The notes under the pieces: model-generated
What the model saw: the letters and a program-made list of their open reading frames with translations, nothing else
The model's database searches: none
Told to the model about the DNA's origin: nothing
Shown: positions 1 through 13,569 of the stretch, one piece after another
Layout of the letters: each line of letters opens with the position of its first letter
Numbering within the stretch: position 1 is the first letter of the stretch
Origin: the human T2T-CHM13v2.0 reference genome, Homo sapiens
DNA length: 64,000 nt
Assembly (NCBI RefSeq): GCF_009914755.1
Contig: NC_060926.1
Strand: one strand, 5' to 3'
Position numbers and translations under genes: made by a program

Positions 1-880
1 AAGGGCTAATATCCAGAATCTACAAAGAACTTAAACAAATTTACAAGAAAAAATCAACCCCATGAAACAGTGGGCAAAGGATATGAATAGACACTTCTCA
101 AAAGAAGACATTTATGCAGCCAACAGACACATGAAAAAATGCTCATCATCACTGGTCATCAGAGAAATGCAAATCCGAACCACAGTGAGATACCATCTCA
201 CACCAGTTAGAAGGGAGATCAATAAAAAGTCAGGAAACAACAGATGCTGGAGAGGATGTGGAGAAATAGGAACACTTTTACACTGTTGGTGGGACTGTAA
301 ACTAGTTCAACCATTGTGGAAGACAGTGTGGTGATTCCTCAGGGATCTAGAACTAGAAATGCCATTTGACCCAGCCATCCCATTACAGGGTATATACCCA
401 AAGGATTATAAATCATGCTGCTATAAAGACACATGCACATGTATGTTTATTGTGGCACTATTCACAATAGCAAAGACTTGGAACCAACCCAAATGTCCAT
501 CAATGATAGACTGGATTAAGAAAATGTGGCACATATACACCACGGAATACTATGCAGCCATAAAAAAGATGAGTACGTGTCCTTTGCAGGGACATGCGTG
601 AAACTGGAAACCATCATTCTCAGCAAAGCAACACAAGAAGAGAAAACCAAACACCGCATATTGTCGCTCATAAGCGGGAGTTGAATGATGAGAACACATG
701 GATACAGGGAGGGGAACATCACACACTGGGACCTGTCAGGGGGTGGGGGGCTGGGAGAGGGATAGCGTTAGGAGAAATACCTAATGCAAATGACGAGTTG
801 ATGGGTGCAGCAAACCCTGTGTAACTAACCTGCACGTTGTGCACATGTACCCTAGAACTTAAAGTATAATTAAAAAAAAA
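1..880 (+). mobile_element. L1PA (L1PA6/7-like) 3' end: ORF2 C-terminus, 3' UTR and poly(A); runs off the window start
   Basis: ORF track shows L1 ORF2 C-terminal peptides (HFSKEDI...[16 protein letters not shown]; PFDPAIPL...) broken by a stop. G-rich 3' UTR; ends cttaaagtataattaaaaaaaaa. Confidence 0.95.
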
Positions 881-1122
881 GTTATCACTCAAAAAGTTAA
901 CTTTACTGGCACTGTTTAATATGTTAGTGGGGCAAATGCTCCAATGATTGTTTCAAACTGTGGCTAGTGGGAAGGGGTTGCGGTTGGCTGTCACTGGCAC
1001 ACTAGGCTGTGGGGAAATCTAGCACTGTTTGCTCTCTCCTCTTGGAAAGCATGGTTAACATCATGAGCACTGTAAAAGCCAGGGATGGGATGGCACGTGT
1101 CACTCAAGAATTGGAAATTTAA

Positions 1123-1419
1123 GGCTGGGCACAGTGGCTCACACCTGTAATCCCAGCACTTGGGAGGCCGAGGTGGGTGGATCACTTGAGGTCAGGAGTT
1201 TAAGACCAGCCTGGCCAACATGGTTAAATCCCATCTCTACTAAAAATACAAAAAATTAGCCGGGCATGGGGGCATGTACCTGTAATCTCAGTTACTCAGG
1301 AGGCTGAGGCAGAAGAATAGCTTGAACCCAGGAGATGGAGGTTGCAGTGAGCTGAGATAGTGCCCTGCACTCCAGCATGGGTGACAGAGTGAGACGCTGT
1401 CTCAAGAAAAAAAAAAAAA
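1123..1419 (+). mobile_element. AluS (Sx/Sz-like), full length
   Basis: ggctgggcacagtggctcacacctgtaatcccagc...A-tail; TSD aagaattggaaattta at 1106-1121 and 1418-1433. Confidence 0.97.
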
Positions 1420-1479
1420 GAATTGGAAATTTAGGAAAATAGAAATTTTATTCTTTATCACCTTCCCATATTTTCATTT

Positions 1480-2368
1480 GTCATTCATCTCCACATGTTG
1501 TCCCACTGGAAGGTGTTCAGGGGCAGTGGCATGCATGGAGTCATCATCTCCTTTGATAAAAATGCCTTCTTCTGTAATACCTTCTAAAGGACCTGCCTGA
1601 GGCTGTTTTACAGTTAACTCCATTTTTTTATAGCAGAAGAGGTATCTCATAACAATACAAATTACAATATAGTACAGCAGCTATGATTTGTCTGTCCCTA
1701 CCAAATCTCATGTAGGGGGTGGAGTCTAATGAGAAGTGTTTGAGTCATGGGGGCAGATATCTCGTTAGTAGATTAATGCCCTCCCTCAGGGCTGAGTGAG
1801 TTCTTACTCTATTAGCTCCCAGGTAGCTTGTTGTTAAAAGGAGCCTGGCAAATCCCTCTTCTCTCTCTTGCTTCCTCTCTTGCCATGTGATCTCTGCACA
1901 TCTGGGTCCCCTTCACCTCCTCTTATGAGTAGAAGCAGCCTGAGGCCCTCGCCAGAAGTCAGACAGATGCCAGTGCCATGCTTCTTGTACAGCCTGCAGA
2001 AAGGTTAGCCAAATAAGCCTCTCTTCTTCATAAATTACCCAGCCTCAGTCATTCCTTTATATCAACACAAAATGGACTAAGACAAAAGTAAATCTATAAA
2101 TCAGTAACATAGTAGTTTATTATCATTATCAAGTACTATGAACTGTACTACATAATTGTATTAGTATACTTTTATATGATTGACAGCACAGTAGGTTTGT
2201 TTACACCAGCATCACCACAAACAGGTGAGTAACGCATTAACCTACAGTGTTACAACAGCTAAGAAATCACTAGGCGATAGGAATTTTTTAGCTTTATTAT
2301 AGTAGGAGGTCACTGTTAGATACATAGTTGGTTTATCATTGAGTGAAACATTATGAGGCACATGACTG
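1480..2368. mobile_element. Tigger3/MER7 (TcMar-Tigger) DNA transposon remnant, interrupted by a MaLR LTR
   Basis: tcccactggaagg...ggacctgcctgaggctgttttacagttaac and gtaggtttgtttacaccagcatcaccacaaac match the recalled Tigger3 consensus; ends in terminal catgactg followed by TA. Confidence 0.8.
1679..2084 (+). mobile_element. MaLR solo LTR (MSTB/MSTC/MLT1A-like)
   Basis: Starts gctatgatttg...ccaaatctcatg; contains cttcttgtacagcctgcaga and taaattacccagcctcag; ends aatggactaagaca. Confidence 0.85.
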
Positions 2369-2379
2369 TACTCTGTTTT

Positions 2380-2575
2380 TCTCTTTCTTCTTTGACTCAG
2401 CATAATGTTTGTGCGATTTGTCCAGGGTGTTGTTTACATCACTATTTCTTTCCTGTAGTGTTTCATTGTCTGCAAATACAGCATTTCGTTTATCTATTCA
2501 CTTGTTGATGAACATTTCTCTTATATCCAGTTTTTGGAGATTTCAAGTAATGCTGCTATGAACATTCACGAACTG
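2380..2575 (-). mobile_element. Old L1M (L1ME/MB-like) 3' fragment
   Basis: actcagcataatgttt...tatctattcacttgttgatgaacattt...tgctgctatgaacattc is typical antisense L1M 3' sequence. Confidence 0.65.
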
Positions 2576-3660
2576 TTTCTCCTGGGACCAAATCAATTTG
2601 ATTCACTGATAGGATCTAACTTCACAAATGAAACTACCTGCCTAGATTGCAGAGCTATAATACTGCTGTTAACACTGCTAGCTGGGAAAATTTTCAACTC
2701 TGATGTGGCAGGAAAAATCTTGCTTGTGGGGTTCGTGATAAAGCTTTGCAACAAAGCTTTTTCACTGATGAAAATTTGAAATTGAAAATCATCTAAGAAA
2801 AGGCGATGGACAATGGGATGAATCACTATAAATAATAGAGAGTAAAAAGGAAAATATGATACACATGACATCCATAATGTACAGACTGTGTGAATTCTCC
2901 AGGAAAACACAGGCAGGCAAACTCTATGGATCAGCCACACAAGTCTGCCATCATGCTGGTAAGAACTATAACAACACTCTACTTGTCAACAAAATTGAGT
3001 AAAGATTACATGAGAAAGGCTTGCTGCTAGGCAAGACTATGACACTTAATCCATTGGAATAAACCTCAAGAAATATTAAATAATTAAATACATCACACTT
3101 CAGTCACCTTTCATCAGATGACTTTAATCATTCAAATAAAAGTCTTTAGGGAAACTATGTAAAATTCAAACAGATCAGTTCAAGATGCCTCAGAATGCAG
3201 CAGATTTTGACATAGACCTTTGTTGTAAGGTGCAATTCAATATAGATTGTAGTGTAGTAACAATTTATGTTATATAGCTTAATTATTTTTGCCTCATATT
3301 AGATACTGCTCTGTGAGTGTTATAATGGAATAATGAAAAGGTGCCCAATGAAACTCTCATAAATTTTCTTCAGAGGAAAATATATAGAAATTAATTGGGA
3401 TTTTTAAAGTAAAATAAAGCTAAGAAACAACACAGAATTCTCCTAGATGGTCCAGAGTCACCATAGAAACACATGGTCTACTGTTGATTTCCTCTCACGG
3501 AGAGGGGATTATGCCAAGCGTGAGAAAATTCCTTTTCACTTTTGGCAGATTTTTTTTTTTTAATTCTCCTGGCTCCCACTTCTGTTCTGGTAATTCGGAG
3601 ACTGTAGACATCAGAGTATAAATTTATGACAGCAGAAATTTGTTCTGCCTGTTTTGTTCA

Positions 3661-4037
3661 CTTTTTTTGGGGTATAAATGTAGGGGGTACAAGTACAGTT
3701 TTGTTAATGGATATGTTGCATAGTGGTGAAGTCTGTGCTTTTAGTGTAAGCATCACCTGAATAATATGCATTGTACCTGCTAAGCAATTCCTCATTCCTC
3801 ACCCCTCTTCCACCCTGCCACCCTTTCAAGTCTCCAGTGTCTATTATTCCACACTCTGTATCCATATTTACACATTATTTAGCTTCCACTTAGAGAACAT
3901 GTTGAGATTTGACTTTCTGTTTCTGACTTATTTCATTTAAGATAATGGCCATCCAAGTTGCTGCCCAAAATAATTTTATTCCTTTTTATGGTGGAGTCAT
4001 ATTCCATTGTAGATACATATCACATTTTCTTTATCCA
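3661..4037 (-). mobile_element. L1PB-like 3' end
   Basis: tagggggtacaagtacagttttgttaatggatatgttgcatagtggtgaagtctg...attccattgt...cacattttctttatcca is an antisense L1PB 3' UTR. Confidence 0.85.
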
Positions 4038-5949
4038 AAGAAAACAAAAGTGTTTCGTTCCACTTTAGTATTCTCAGCATCCAGAACGGTGCTGAGTTAT
4101 GGTCGAATAGTGGATATTCAGTGGAAATTTTTTAATGAACACTGCTTTTGTTTCAGGCCGTATCTGAATTCCATGATGCTCTAGGCTCTGCTATCATTTT
4201 AAAAAACGCTGAGATTGAATCTGCAATGTTTTATACTCACCTCAATCACCAAGCAAGCAACAAACAACCTCAATATATTCCTGAGTGTTCACGAAATGAT
4301 GAGGTGATCCTCATACCCATTTTCCAGAAATATACCTCCATAACACAGTTCAGTCCTAACTGTGGTGCTCTAGTGTACCTACACTGCCATTTATTCAAAG
4401 TTGACTGTATCCTCAGCCTTGTGCAAAAAAAGTGTTATATTCATCATTATTCTCATTGTGGAGATGAAATAAGGAGGGCTGCTTCTTCTCTGACATGTTT
4501 CGCTTCAACATGAGGCAATAAATTCTCAATTACTTAATTTCCTCCACAGAAAAGTCATTTCACGGCAGTGAGGACATTGGTAAATGTTCAGGGGATGAAT
4601 GGATGGATGGATGGTTGGAAAAATTTGTAGGAACAAGATCTTCAGAAAATCAAGAACTGATTCTTAGTGTGAAATAGTACATTATAACTTTTATTTGTCT
4701 GTAAAGGAACTTTGTAAATTGTGTCCACAGTCAGATAAAACTGTGAAATATCCAAAATTTACTGGGAATTATTTCAAATGTACAAAAGATTTGTATAGTC
4801 TTAAGCACACAGGAATGCAGGCTTCTAAGACTCAATCATGGTGTTTAACTTAAAGAAAAAAAAAATAACCAAACTACACATAACCTAGGATTTCATCAAA
4901 TTATAAGGCTATTAGAATCAGGTAGGAAAACATTTAGATCTGTTTAAACTCCTCAGAAATGCAAAGTTTAATAAAGTATTCAACCTAGGTGAGAGTTGAG
5001 AATAAGTAGGCTCTGTAACCTACATGACTAAACAGTTTTGAAATGTCGAAGCCAATGGTACGGTGACTACTACTGATTGTCCAGGCTTTGAGACAAATCT
5101 CCCTGGAAGTTTACAGTTCTGTCTTGTCTTCAAGATGTTACCTAACCCCAGTTAAGTGAGATGATAATTTTCTTTCTTACTGGGTATATGTAGTTTACTC
5201 CAAGATATTTAGAATTAAATACAAAACAATTAAGAAAATAAAAACATTAGCATTACTATGTTAATTTTAAAAAGATGTCTAATAGATATTTGCCACTTCA
5301 TGTGCTTCTACATTTTAATAGAACTTGATGTATTAATGTGATAACCTTATAAGTCCAATTTAATACGTAAAATTGAGTAATTGATGTAAGTTTATAATAA
5401 GTTAATATCTTACTAGGTTTTTGCACAGTTTTGGAATATCTAAGATAACTATATTCACAGTACTTACAAAGTTTATTTATTTTATGAGAATCATTTAGTA
5501 CTATAATCTGAAAAGTTTTGTTTTCTAGGTCAATTACAGTCATTCAAAATGGGAATTTCCATGATTAAGTTTATAAATATGGTTAAAATATTTGAGAGTA
5601 TTTAATAAAATGTATAAAATGAGCCAAACATTATTCAAAGTTCCCTTAAAAGCAATTATTTAAATTTGCTAAGTTGTAAATAGAAAAATAAGACTTGTAT
5701 GCTAAAGTTAAAAGATTTAAAAATAGGGTTTTGAATTTGTAACCATAAAAAACTGAGATTAATTTTTAATCCAAATGAACTCTGAATAGGCTTTTGAGAA
5801 CACTCACAAAGAAAACCTCACAGCAACACTGATTTTATCTGCTACGATTTTATAAGCTATTATAGTTACGTTTAGCATAGTCCTCATACCTAAGATCCTT
5901 AGTGCTGATTGAGTAAAAATGTAACTTAGTCACCAATAACAATTGCACT

Positions 5950-7085
5950 TGCAGATGTCACACTTGAGGGTACTGGGTCAAGGAGGCCAAAAATAAAGCT
6001 AGTGAGGAAGAGTTTGTCAATATGGGAAAGCTCTTCTGTGTCATAGAACTTAACACCTGAAAAGTTGCCTCGGGGCAACTTTTTGCAGTGAGACTTTTGC
6101 AATTTGTTGCAGTGAGACTCAACAGCAGCTTCCAAAAGGGATTTCAGAGCTGTCATGGCATATGGTGGCGGATGAAATCAAAAGGCTCAGAGAAGCATGC
6201 ATGATATCATCTACATAAGACTGGGAGACCTAGCAGCTCACTGTATACCTGAGAAGGGCCCCAGGGGACGCCCCATTTACTAAAGCAACACATAACACCG
6301 GTGAGAGGTGCTGATGTCAATAAAAAGCTGGGTCGTGCCTATCTCTGTAGGCCAGGGTTGATGGTACTAGATGCTGGCCATTTAATTTAATAACAGAGGC
6401 CATTTAGCAACTCTAAAATACCTAAAACATGGTGGACATACTTACCATTATGGTCAGGAAGGCTGGAGTAGCAGCCACAAGGATATGTAGATATGGATAA
6501 TAAAGCATAGTGGATCTAGAGAAAAAAAATGGATTGGGTAGTCAATGAGGATATTGCTTAATTCTTATAATCAAAAGTGTTCAAACTTGGGTCAACAGAA
6601 GGACAGAAGGCTAGGTCAGCGCCCTGTGAAAGTCACTATGCCTTGACTAGTTTTTGAAAACTGACCTTAGATCCAGAAACTATTAACTGAAGGACTGGCC
6701 AAGACCCATGAAGAAGGACCACAGAATAACAAGGCAAGCATATACAGTAAAGATTCACCTTATCCTTCCCTAAAAGACCTACCACTATTTACTTTGAAAA
6801 CCATACATAGAGAAAAAAGGACTAATTGGCCAGTTCAAGGGTTATTGGATAGAGTCTAAGTTGACTCTGATACTGAGGGACCCAGAGCACCCTCATCGAG
6901 GCTCCCCTGATAAAGCAGGCATAGATGAGTCAGCTAGTATACTTATTGCCCATGCTTGTCTTACTGTAAGACCACTGAGGATGTGGATCCATCCAACAAT
7001 TCCCTGGTTGCCCAATATATAAGAAATATACTTGGCATTGGTAAAACCCACACTCTAGTTTCATGACTTCTAGAGTAAGAACTGT
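5950..7085 (+). mobile_element. Decayed ERVL-class internal region (gag-protease remnant)
   Basis: gaagggccccagggga...ggtgagaggtgc...ctctgtaggccagg resembles ERVL gag. ccttccctaaaagacctaccactattt...gggttattggatagagtctaagttgactctgatactgagggacccag resembles the ERVL protease LLDTGSELTLIPGDP region. No open frame remains. Confidence 0.7.
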
Positions 7086-8105
7086 TAGAGTCCAGAGTCC
7101 AGAGTCCATGGATCAGGTCAAAACTAGACTACCTGAGATTACATGCTTGCTCTTGTTTGCCTCATTCCTTTGAAAGCTGTTTCAATTGTACTTCCACCTG
7201 AAGTCATGGGGACTTTAATCCTTGACTCCACTTCTGCCTCTAGAAAATCCAACCTTCAACCTTATATGTGTTATCATATTGGCCTGTGCCTTAGACTGTT
7301 TGTAGTAAATTTGGAGAATTATTTAAGCACTTTGTTGTTTTAAAATGTGAGTGATATATTTATAAATCCTATGTCTTATGAAAAAATTACATTTTTCTTT
7401 CAGAAGTTGATACCACGTTTTCTTGGACACACTAAAAATATTCCAAGTAGATATTGTTGAAATAAAATCACTTTCTGGAAGCTATGTTATAGAAGCCTAA
7501 AAGTGACTTTGATATTGAAAGTAATCTATATTTCTGTAGTTCCTGCCTGGTTTCTCTGGAAAAATATGTGGAAGATAGCAACTTTCCCAGCAGATACTGC
7601 CAACATAAGGACCTGTCACTATCATTTCAAGTACTAAATCAAAGCTTCTTGATTGTGATAGGCTCCTTCTAAAGGCTCAGTATTTGGAGTTCTTCCTCCA
7701 TACTTTGGTGGGCAAAACTGCAGCTGTGGTTAAGCCTTGATCTGTTTCTCTGGTATGTTATTCCTGACCAATTTTTCTAATTTATAAGTTCATATTTATT
7801 TAAGTTTAAGGAATTTATAAATATGGACATCTTTTAAGCTATCACTGTCATACCTTCTCACCTGACAGCAAATGGGCTGAAATAATGTTTAGGGTTGCTA
7901 AGAATGTACAAAAGAGAATAGGAATGGAGAAAATTAAATTCTCATTACTCAATATTTCATTTGTGGGCAACTCCAGGACTCATGCCAAGTTTGTTGAATT
8001 ACAAATGGCTAATGATTCTTTCTGCCGACCCCTCCCCCGGCCATCTAGAGTCATTTAACAATGTAAAAGTGAAAATTGTAACTACCCTCATTAACAACTA
8101 GAGGG

Positions 8106-8144
8106 GTGTGTGTGTGTGTGTGTGTGTGAGCGAGAGAGAGAGAG
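8106..8144. repeat. Compound (GT)n(GA)n microsatellite
   Basis: Directly visible. Confidence 0.95.
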
Positions 8145-8957
8145 GGTGTAAGAGTGAAAGATGGGGAAAAGGAGGAGAAGGAAAGAGAAAGAAGATCGGA
8201 GGAAAGAAAATATTTAAATGAAAAAAGTCCCGTAAGGAAACAAGCAGACCATGGTAACCACAGTTAATGCCTTTGGAAAAGGAAATAAATACCTCCCTTC
8301 TGTGAAAGCTGTAAAGAATTGGAAAATGCTGCTCCCTAAAACAGTGAGCAGGAAAAGTTTAAAAATGACAGCTTTGGTGGAGCAAAATGGTGTTTTTTTG
8401 GGGGACACGCAAGGTAAGTGAGGAGCAGATTAATGATTCCTGAGCAGTTGATGATAAGGGCACCCTGTAGGAGTAAATGTCTCAGCAGTGAGTGACTCAG
8501 GCTTCATCTTTCAAAGCAGTAGAAAATTTCAAGCCACACTTCTATCTCAGTTTCCTCTATATCACCTTTGGATTTAGTGAAATTAGTCATACGCACAAAC
8601 AACTTTCTAGTGAGAAGGGGAGATTGACAGAGATAGGCAGTTGTCTCTCAATACCCTTGTAAGAATAAAATCATTTATTTTTAGCTGTCATATGACAAAC
8701 TAGACCCATTTACTAGTACCCCTGCCCTTGTTAGGAGGTGTGGTTATGATACTAAGTTCTGTACAATAGGTTCTTAGCAGAAGTGAAGTGTAGAACTTCT
8801 AACTCATGTTCTAAACAGGAGGGGCCTACCTTTCTCCCACCCTGCCTCCATCATGTTGCTTGGAATGCAAACATGGTGGCAAGACGTTCTGAAACATTGG
8901 ACAACAATGACATCCCAGGAAAGGCAAAGCAACAGGAGCCTTAATTGACCACATGTA

Positions 8958-9576
<619 letters not shown>

Positions 9577-10318
9577 TATCACTGGCCATCAGAGAAATGC
9601 AAATCAAAACCACAATGAGATACCATCTCACACCAGTTAGAATGGCAATCATTAAAGAGTCAGGAAACAACAGGTGCTGGAGAGGATGTGGAGAAATAGG
9701 AACACTTTTACACTGTTGGTGGGACTATAAACTAGTTCAACCATTGTGGAAGTCAGTGTGGCGATTCCTCAGGGATCTAGAACTAGAAATACCATTTGAC
9801 CCAGCCATCCCATTACTGGGTATATACCCAAAGGACTATAAATCATGCTGCTATAAAGACACATGCACACATATGTTTATTGCGGCACTATTCACAATAG
9901 TAAAGACTTGGAACCAATCCAAATGTCCAACAATGATAGACTGGATTAAGAAAATGTGACACATATATACCATGGAATACTATGCAGCCATAAAAAATGA
10001 TGAGTTCATGTCCTTTGTAGGGACATGGATGAGATTGGAAATCATCATTCTCAGTAAACTGTCATAAGGACAAAAAACCAAACACTGCATGTTCTCACTC
10101 ATAGGTGGGAATTGAACAATGAGAACACATGGACACAAGAAGGGGAACATCACACTCTGGGGACTGTTGTGGAGTGGGGGGAGGGGAGAGGGATAGCCTA
10201 ATGCTAAATGACGAGTTAATGGGTGCAGCACACCAGCATGGCACATGTATACATATGTAACTAACCTGCACATTGTGCACATGTACCCTAAAACTTAAAG
10301 TATAATAATTAAAAAAAA
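9577..10318 (+). mobile_element. 3' segment of the same L1PA3/4 (ORF2 end, 3' UTR, poly(A))
   Basis: atcactggccatcagagaaatgc...gctaaatgacgagttaatgggtgcagcacaccagcatggc...A-tail; TSD aattgaccacatgta at 8943-8957 and 10319-10333. Confidence 0.95.
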
Positions 10319-10724
10319 AATTGACCACATGTAGTACAGCCTTAATAATATACTATTATATGATGGTATAAAATTCTTCTGTCTTATTTAAATCACTGCT
10401 GTTTTGAGTTTTTGTTTTATGCAGCTGCAAAAATATCTTTGCTATAATATATAAACTTTGAAGTTTGATACATTTTCTGCAGTTTCCTAAGTTTATGTAT
10501 TTTCTATCATAATTAAATATTTTCCACCCATGTTCTTAAATTAAAAGTAAAAGCAAGGTAAATGGATAAGACCTATCCCATAGAAAATATTTTTCTGAGG
10601 AACGCTCAAAGTGAAATATGAATTACTAATTGAGGACCTTGGTAAAAAGGTAAAGCTGACAACAGTAAAAAAATAATTGAGCTGTAGAATTGGGCCATGT
10701 TTGTTTGGCTCCTAACATTAACCA

Positions 10725-11022
<298 letters not shown>

Positions 11023-12171
11023 ATATTAACCTTGATATTACAAATCTTGGGTTATAAAAAGGCTCAGAAAATGATAGTATCATGTGGTATTAGTATGTTG
11101 ATTAGCATTAAGTTGGCCCCAGGCAAATTAACAACTACAGAATATTTAAAAATATATAATTTAGGTCCATTTTTATATTGACCTTTCTGGTATATCTACT
11201 GAGGGCATACCTGAACAAAAATGTATACAGAATAATAATTATGTATATTTTACAATTGCTGAATTAGAGCCATATGCTTTTTGTATACTCATTAGTACAT
11301 TCCACAGTCTCCTTCTCACGATGACACTTAATGTTAAATAATTCTCTAAATGAAGGAAGAAAGGGGTTAGACACTGAGGCACCACTTTAGAGTTTTCTTC
11401 CCCTAAAGCACTTGTATTTAAATGCCCAAAAAATTTTGGTTGGGATTTTTTTCCCAAGGAACATTTTGACCCCAAAAAGGTGTTTATTGAACATCTCATC
11501 CCTGACCTGCCTTACTACTGTTACTATTACCACTAATTACCATAAGACATAGGGGTTGGTAGGTCAAGATAGGAAAGGAGAAGATGGAGGAAAGGAAAGA
11601 GGTAATGAAAGGAGAATAGAAAAAGAAAGAGGGAAGAAGCAATAAAAGAGAAAGAACAGTAGGAATCGTACTGTTCGTGGGAAAAAATGAAGTTACAAAT
11701 TCAGCTTCAACAGAAATAGGTTCACTTATACAAAAGCCTTTGCAGATAACTGAACTACACTGGGACCAGAGTTGTGTACTTCATGTCACTAAGTGACTAA
11801 AATGTAAGATATGCTATAAAAATACAAGCTAATAGCAACACAGGATGAGGTCTGACTCTCTGAGCTAAACATTTGTTTTTTTAGCTCATAATCTGTGCTA
11901 GAAATGTAGACAAATTTCCTCTGGTCATTTCTGATATATTTTCTTAGAACTCCTTGATAAACATGATTAAAAGAAAAATATGAACAATATCCACAATGTT
12001 ACTGTATTTGAATTTGCTCATTTTTTTATGAAAGAGGGTTGTCTTTGATAGATTTTACATTAATTTCATGGAGATAGCCTTGATCTCTTTAGTATATAAT
12101 GAAAGGTCTTGATTCATTGAAGAAAAAAAATACCTGTGGAGTATATTTAGAGATAATGCTAACTGCATTTG

Positions 12172-12247
12172 GTTGTCATGGAAACTGAAATGTTAAAATA
12201 ATAATGAAATGATTGGAAAAAAACTTGCATGCAGTTGTTATGGTAAC
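12172..12247. promoter_or_regulatory. Candidate RFX module: X-box, reverse CCAAT, X-box
   Basis: gttgtcatggaaac (12172-12185), gattgg (12211-12216) and gttgttatggtaac (12234-12247) versus the RFX consensus GTTGCCATGGCAAC. Motif evidence only. Confidence 0.4.
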
Positions 12248-12714
12248 TACCCATTTTGATAAATATTTTTCTTTTTTCTCTAAATTAACCATCTGAGATA
12301 CTAGCATCTCAAAATTACTGCTATTATACATTTCACGTAAAATGTTTTTCATACTAAGGACATGTTAGCTTAGAAATATCTCACACATATGTGAAGTGAC
12401 ACAACATGAGTGTGTGTGCATTGTGTGTGTGTGTATATATGTGTGTGTTTAAGTGTGAGTTTAGTCACAAAACGAGGCATTTCTAGATTGTAAATAGTAA
12501 CTGAAGTGACTTTTCCAAGTAAGGGGTATTGGAAGCTTCCTCAGTTGGTAGAAGGTAGATAGGTAGTGATTCAGGGAGGTTACTAGCAAAGAAGAATTAG
12601 GTTGCTCTGCTGACTGGTGATAAAGAAGAAGGAACGGAAGAGAATTAATTTTTTAAAATGCAGTGTTAGGAACCAGGATTTTACATTTATTTTCTAATTT
12701 AGACGAATAATAAC

Positions 12715-12855
12715 CCTTGGAAGTGAGTAGCGTTCTCATTTCACAAGTAAGGAAATGGAATCTTAGAAATGCTAAATAATTTACCCAAGGTCATAGTCAA
12801 GTAAGTGTGAAGCCAGGATTTGAATTCACGTATTTCTGTCTTAAAATCCATTCTA
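12715..12855 (-). mobile_element. MIR fragment
   Basis: ctcatttcacaagtaaggaaatgg...tttacccaaggtcatag...gccaggatttgaattc is the MIR core in antisense. Confidence 0.75.
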
Positions 12856-12859
12856 CTGC

Positions 12860-13533
12860 TTTGAAAAATGGCTGAATCTATGACTGGCGGAAGAAATATA
12901 CAAGATGATCCTGGAGCATCTTGCAGTGGCAGAAAGCAGGAGCGATCCCCTAACAAAAAGCCCCACATTGTTAAAGGCCTGTCAAAGGGATACAAGGGAC
13001 ATAGGAAGTAATTGAGCTTCCCAAAGCCTGAACAATTTTAGCACTAAAAGAAATAAAGTAATACTGGCTTATCACTCTAAGCGGGAGATAAATATCTTTG
13101 AGACTATATTTGTACAAATAAATGATTGCGTAAATAAATACTTGTGGGAGAATAGACAAATTTCCCCCACAGAAAAATTCCAGGTAAGCTGTACAGACAC
13201 TCCCCGCTCAAGGAAGTGGAGCATAATTCCCCACTCCTTAAGAGGGGGCTGGGGCCCGGTGTGGTGGCTCACACCTGTAATCCCAGCACTTTGGGAGGCA
13301 GAGGCGGGTGGATCACGAGGTCAAAAGATCGAGACCACCCTGGCCAACATGGTGAAACTCCATCTCTACTAAAAGTACAAAAAAATTAGCTGGGCGTGTT
13401 GGTGCTTGCCTGTAGTCCCAGGTACTCTGGAGGCTGAGGCAGGAGAGTCGTTTGAACCCAGGAGGTGGAGGTGTGCAGTGAGCCGAAATCGCGCCACTGC
13501 ACTGCAGCCTGGCGACAGAATGAGACTCCGTCA

Positions 13534-13569
<36 letters not shown>

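Noticed and set aside
62-601. ORFs with clear protein similarity (also 8963-9490 and 9411-9959)
   Set aside because: They are L1 ORF2 C-terminal remnants in truncated, interrupted elements, not host genes.
728-762. G-quadruplex-like G runs (also near 10175 and 22540)
   Set aside because: Standard L1 3' UTR G-tract, already explained by the L1 annotation.
2740-2760. Short palindromes (aaagctttg-caa-caaagcttt; also near 11861, 15720 and 30534)
   Set aside because: Stems of 7-9 bp are expected by chance in 64 kb of AT-rich DNA.
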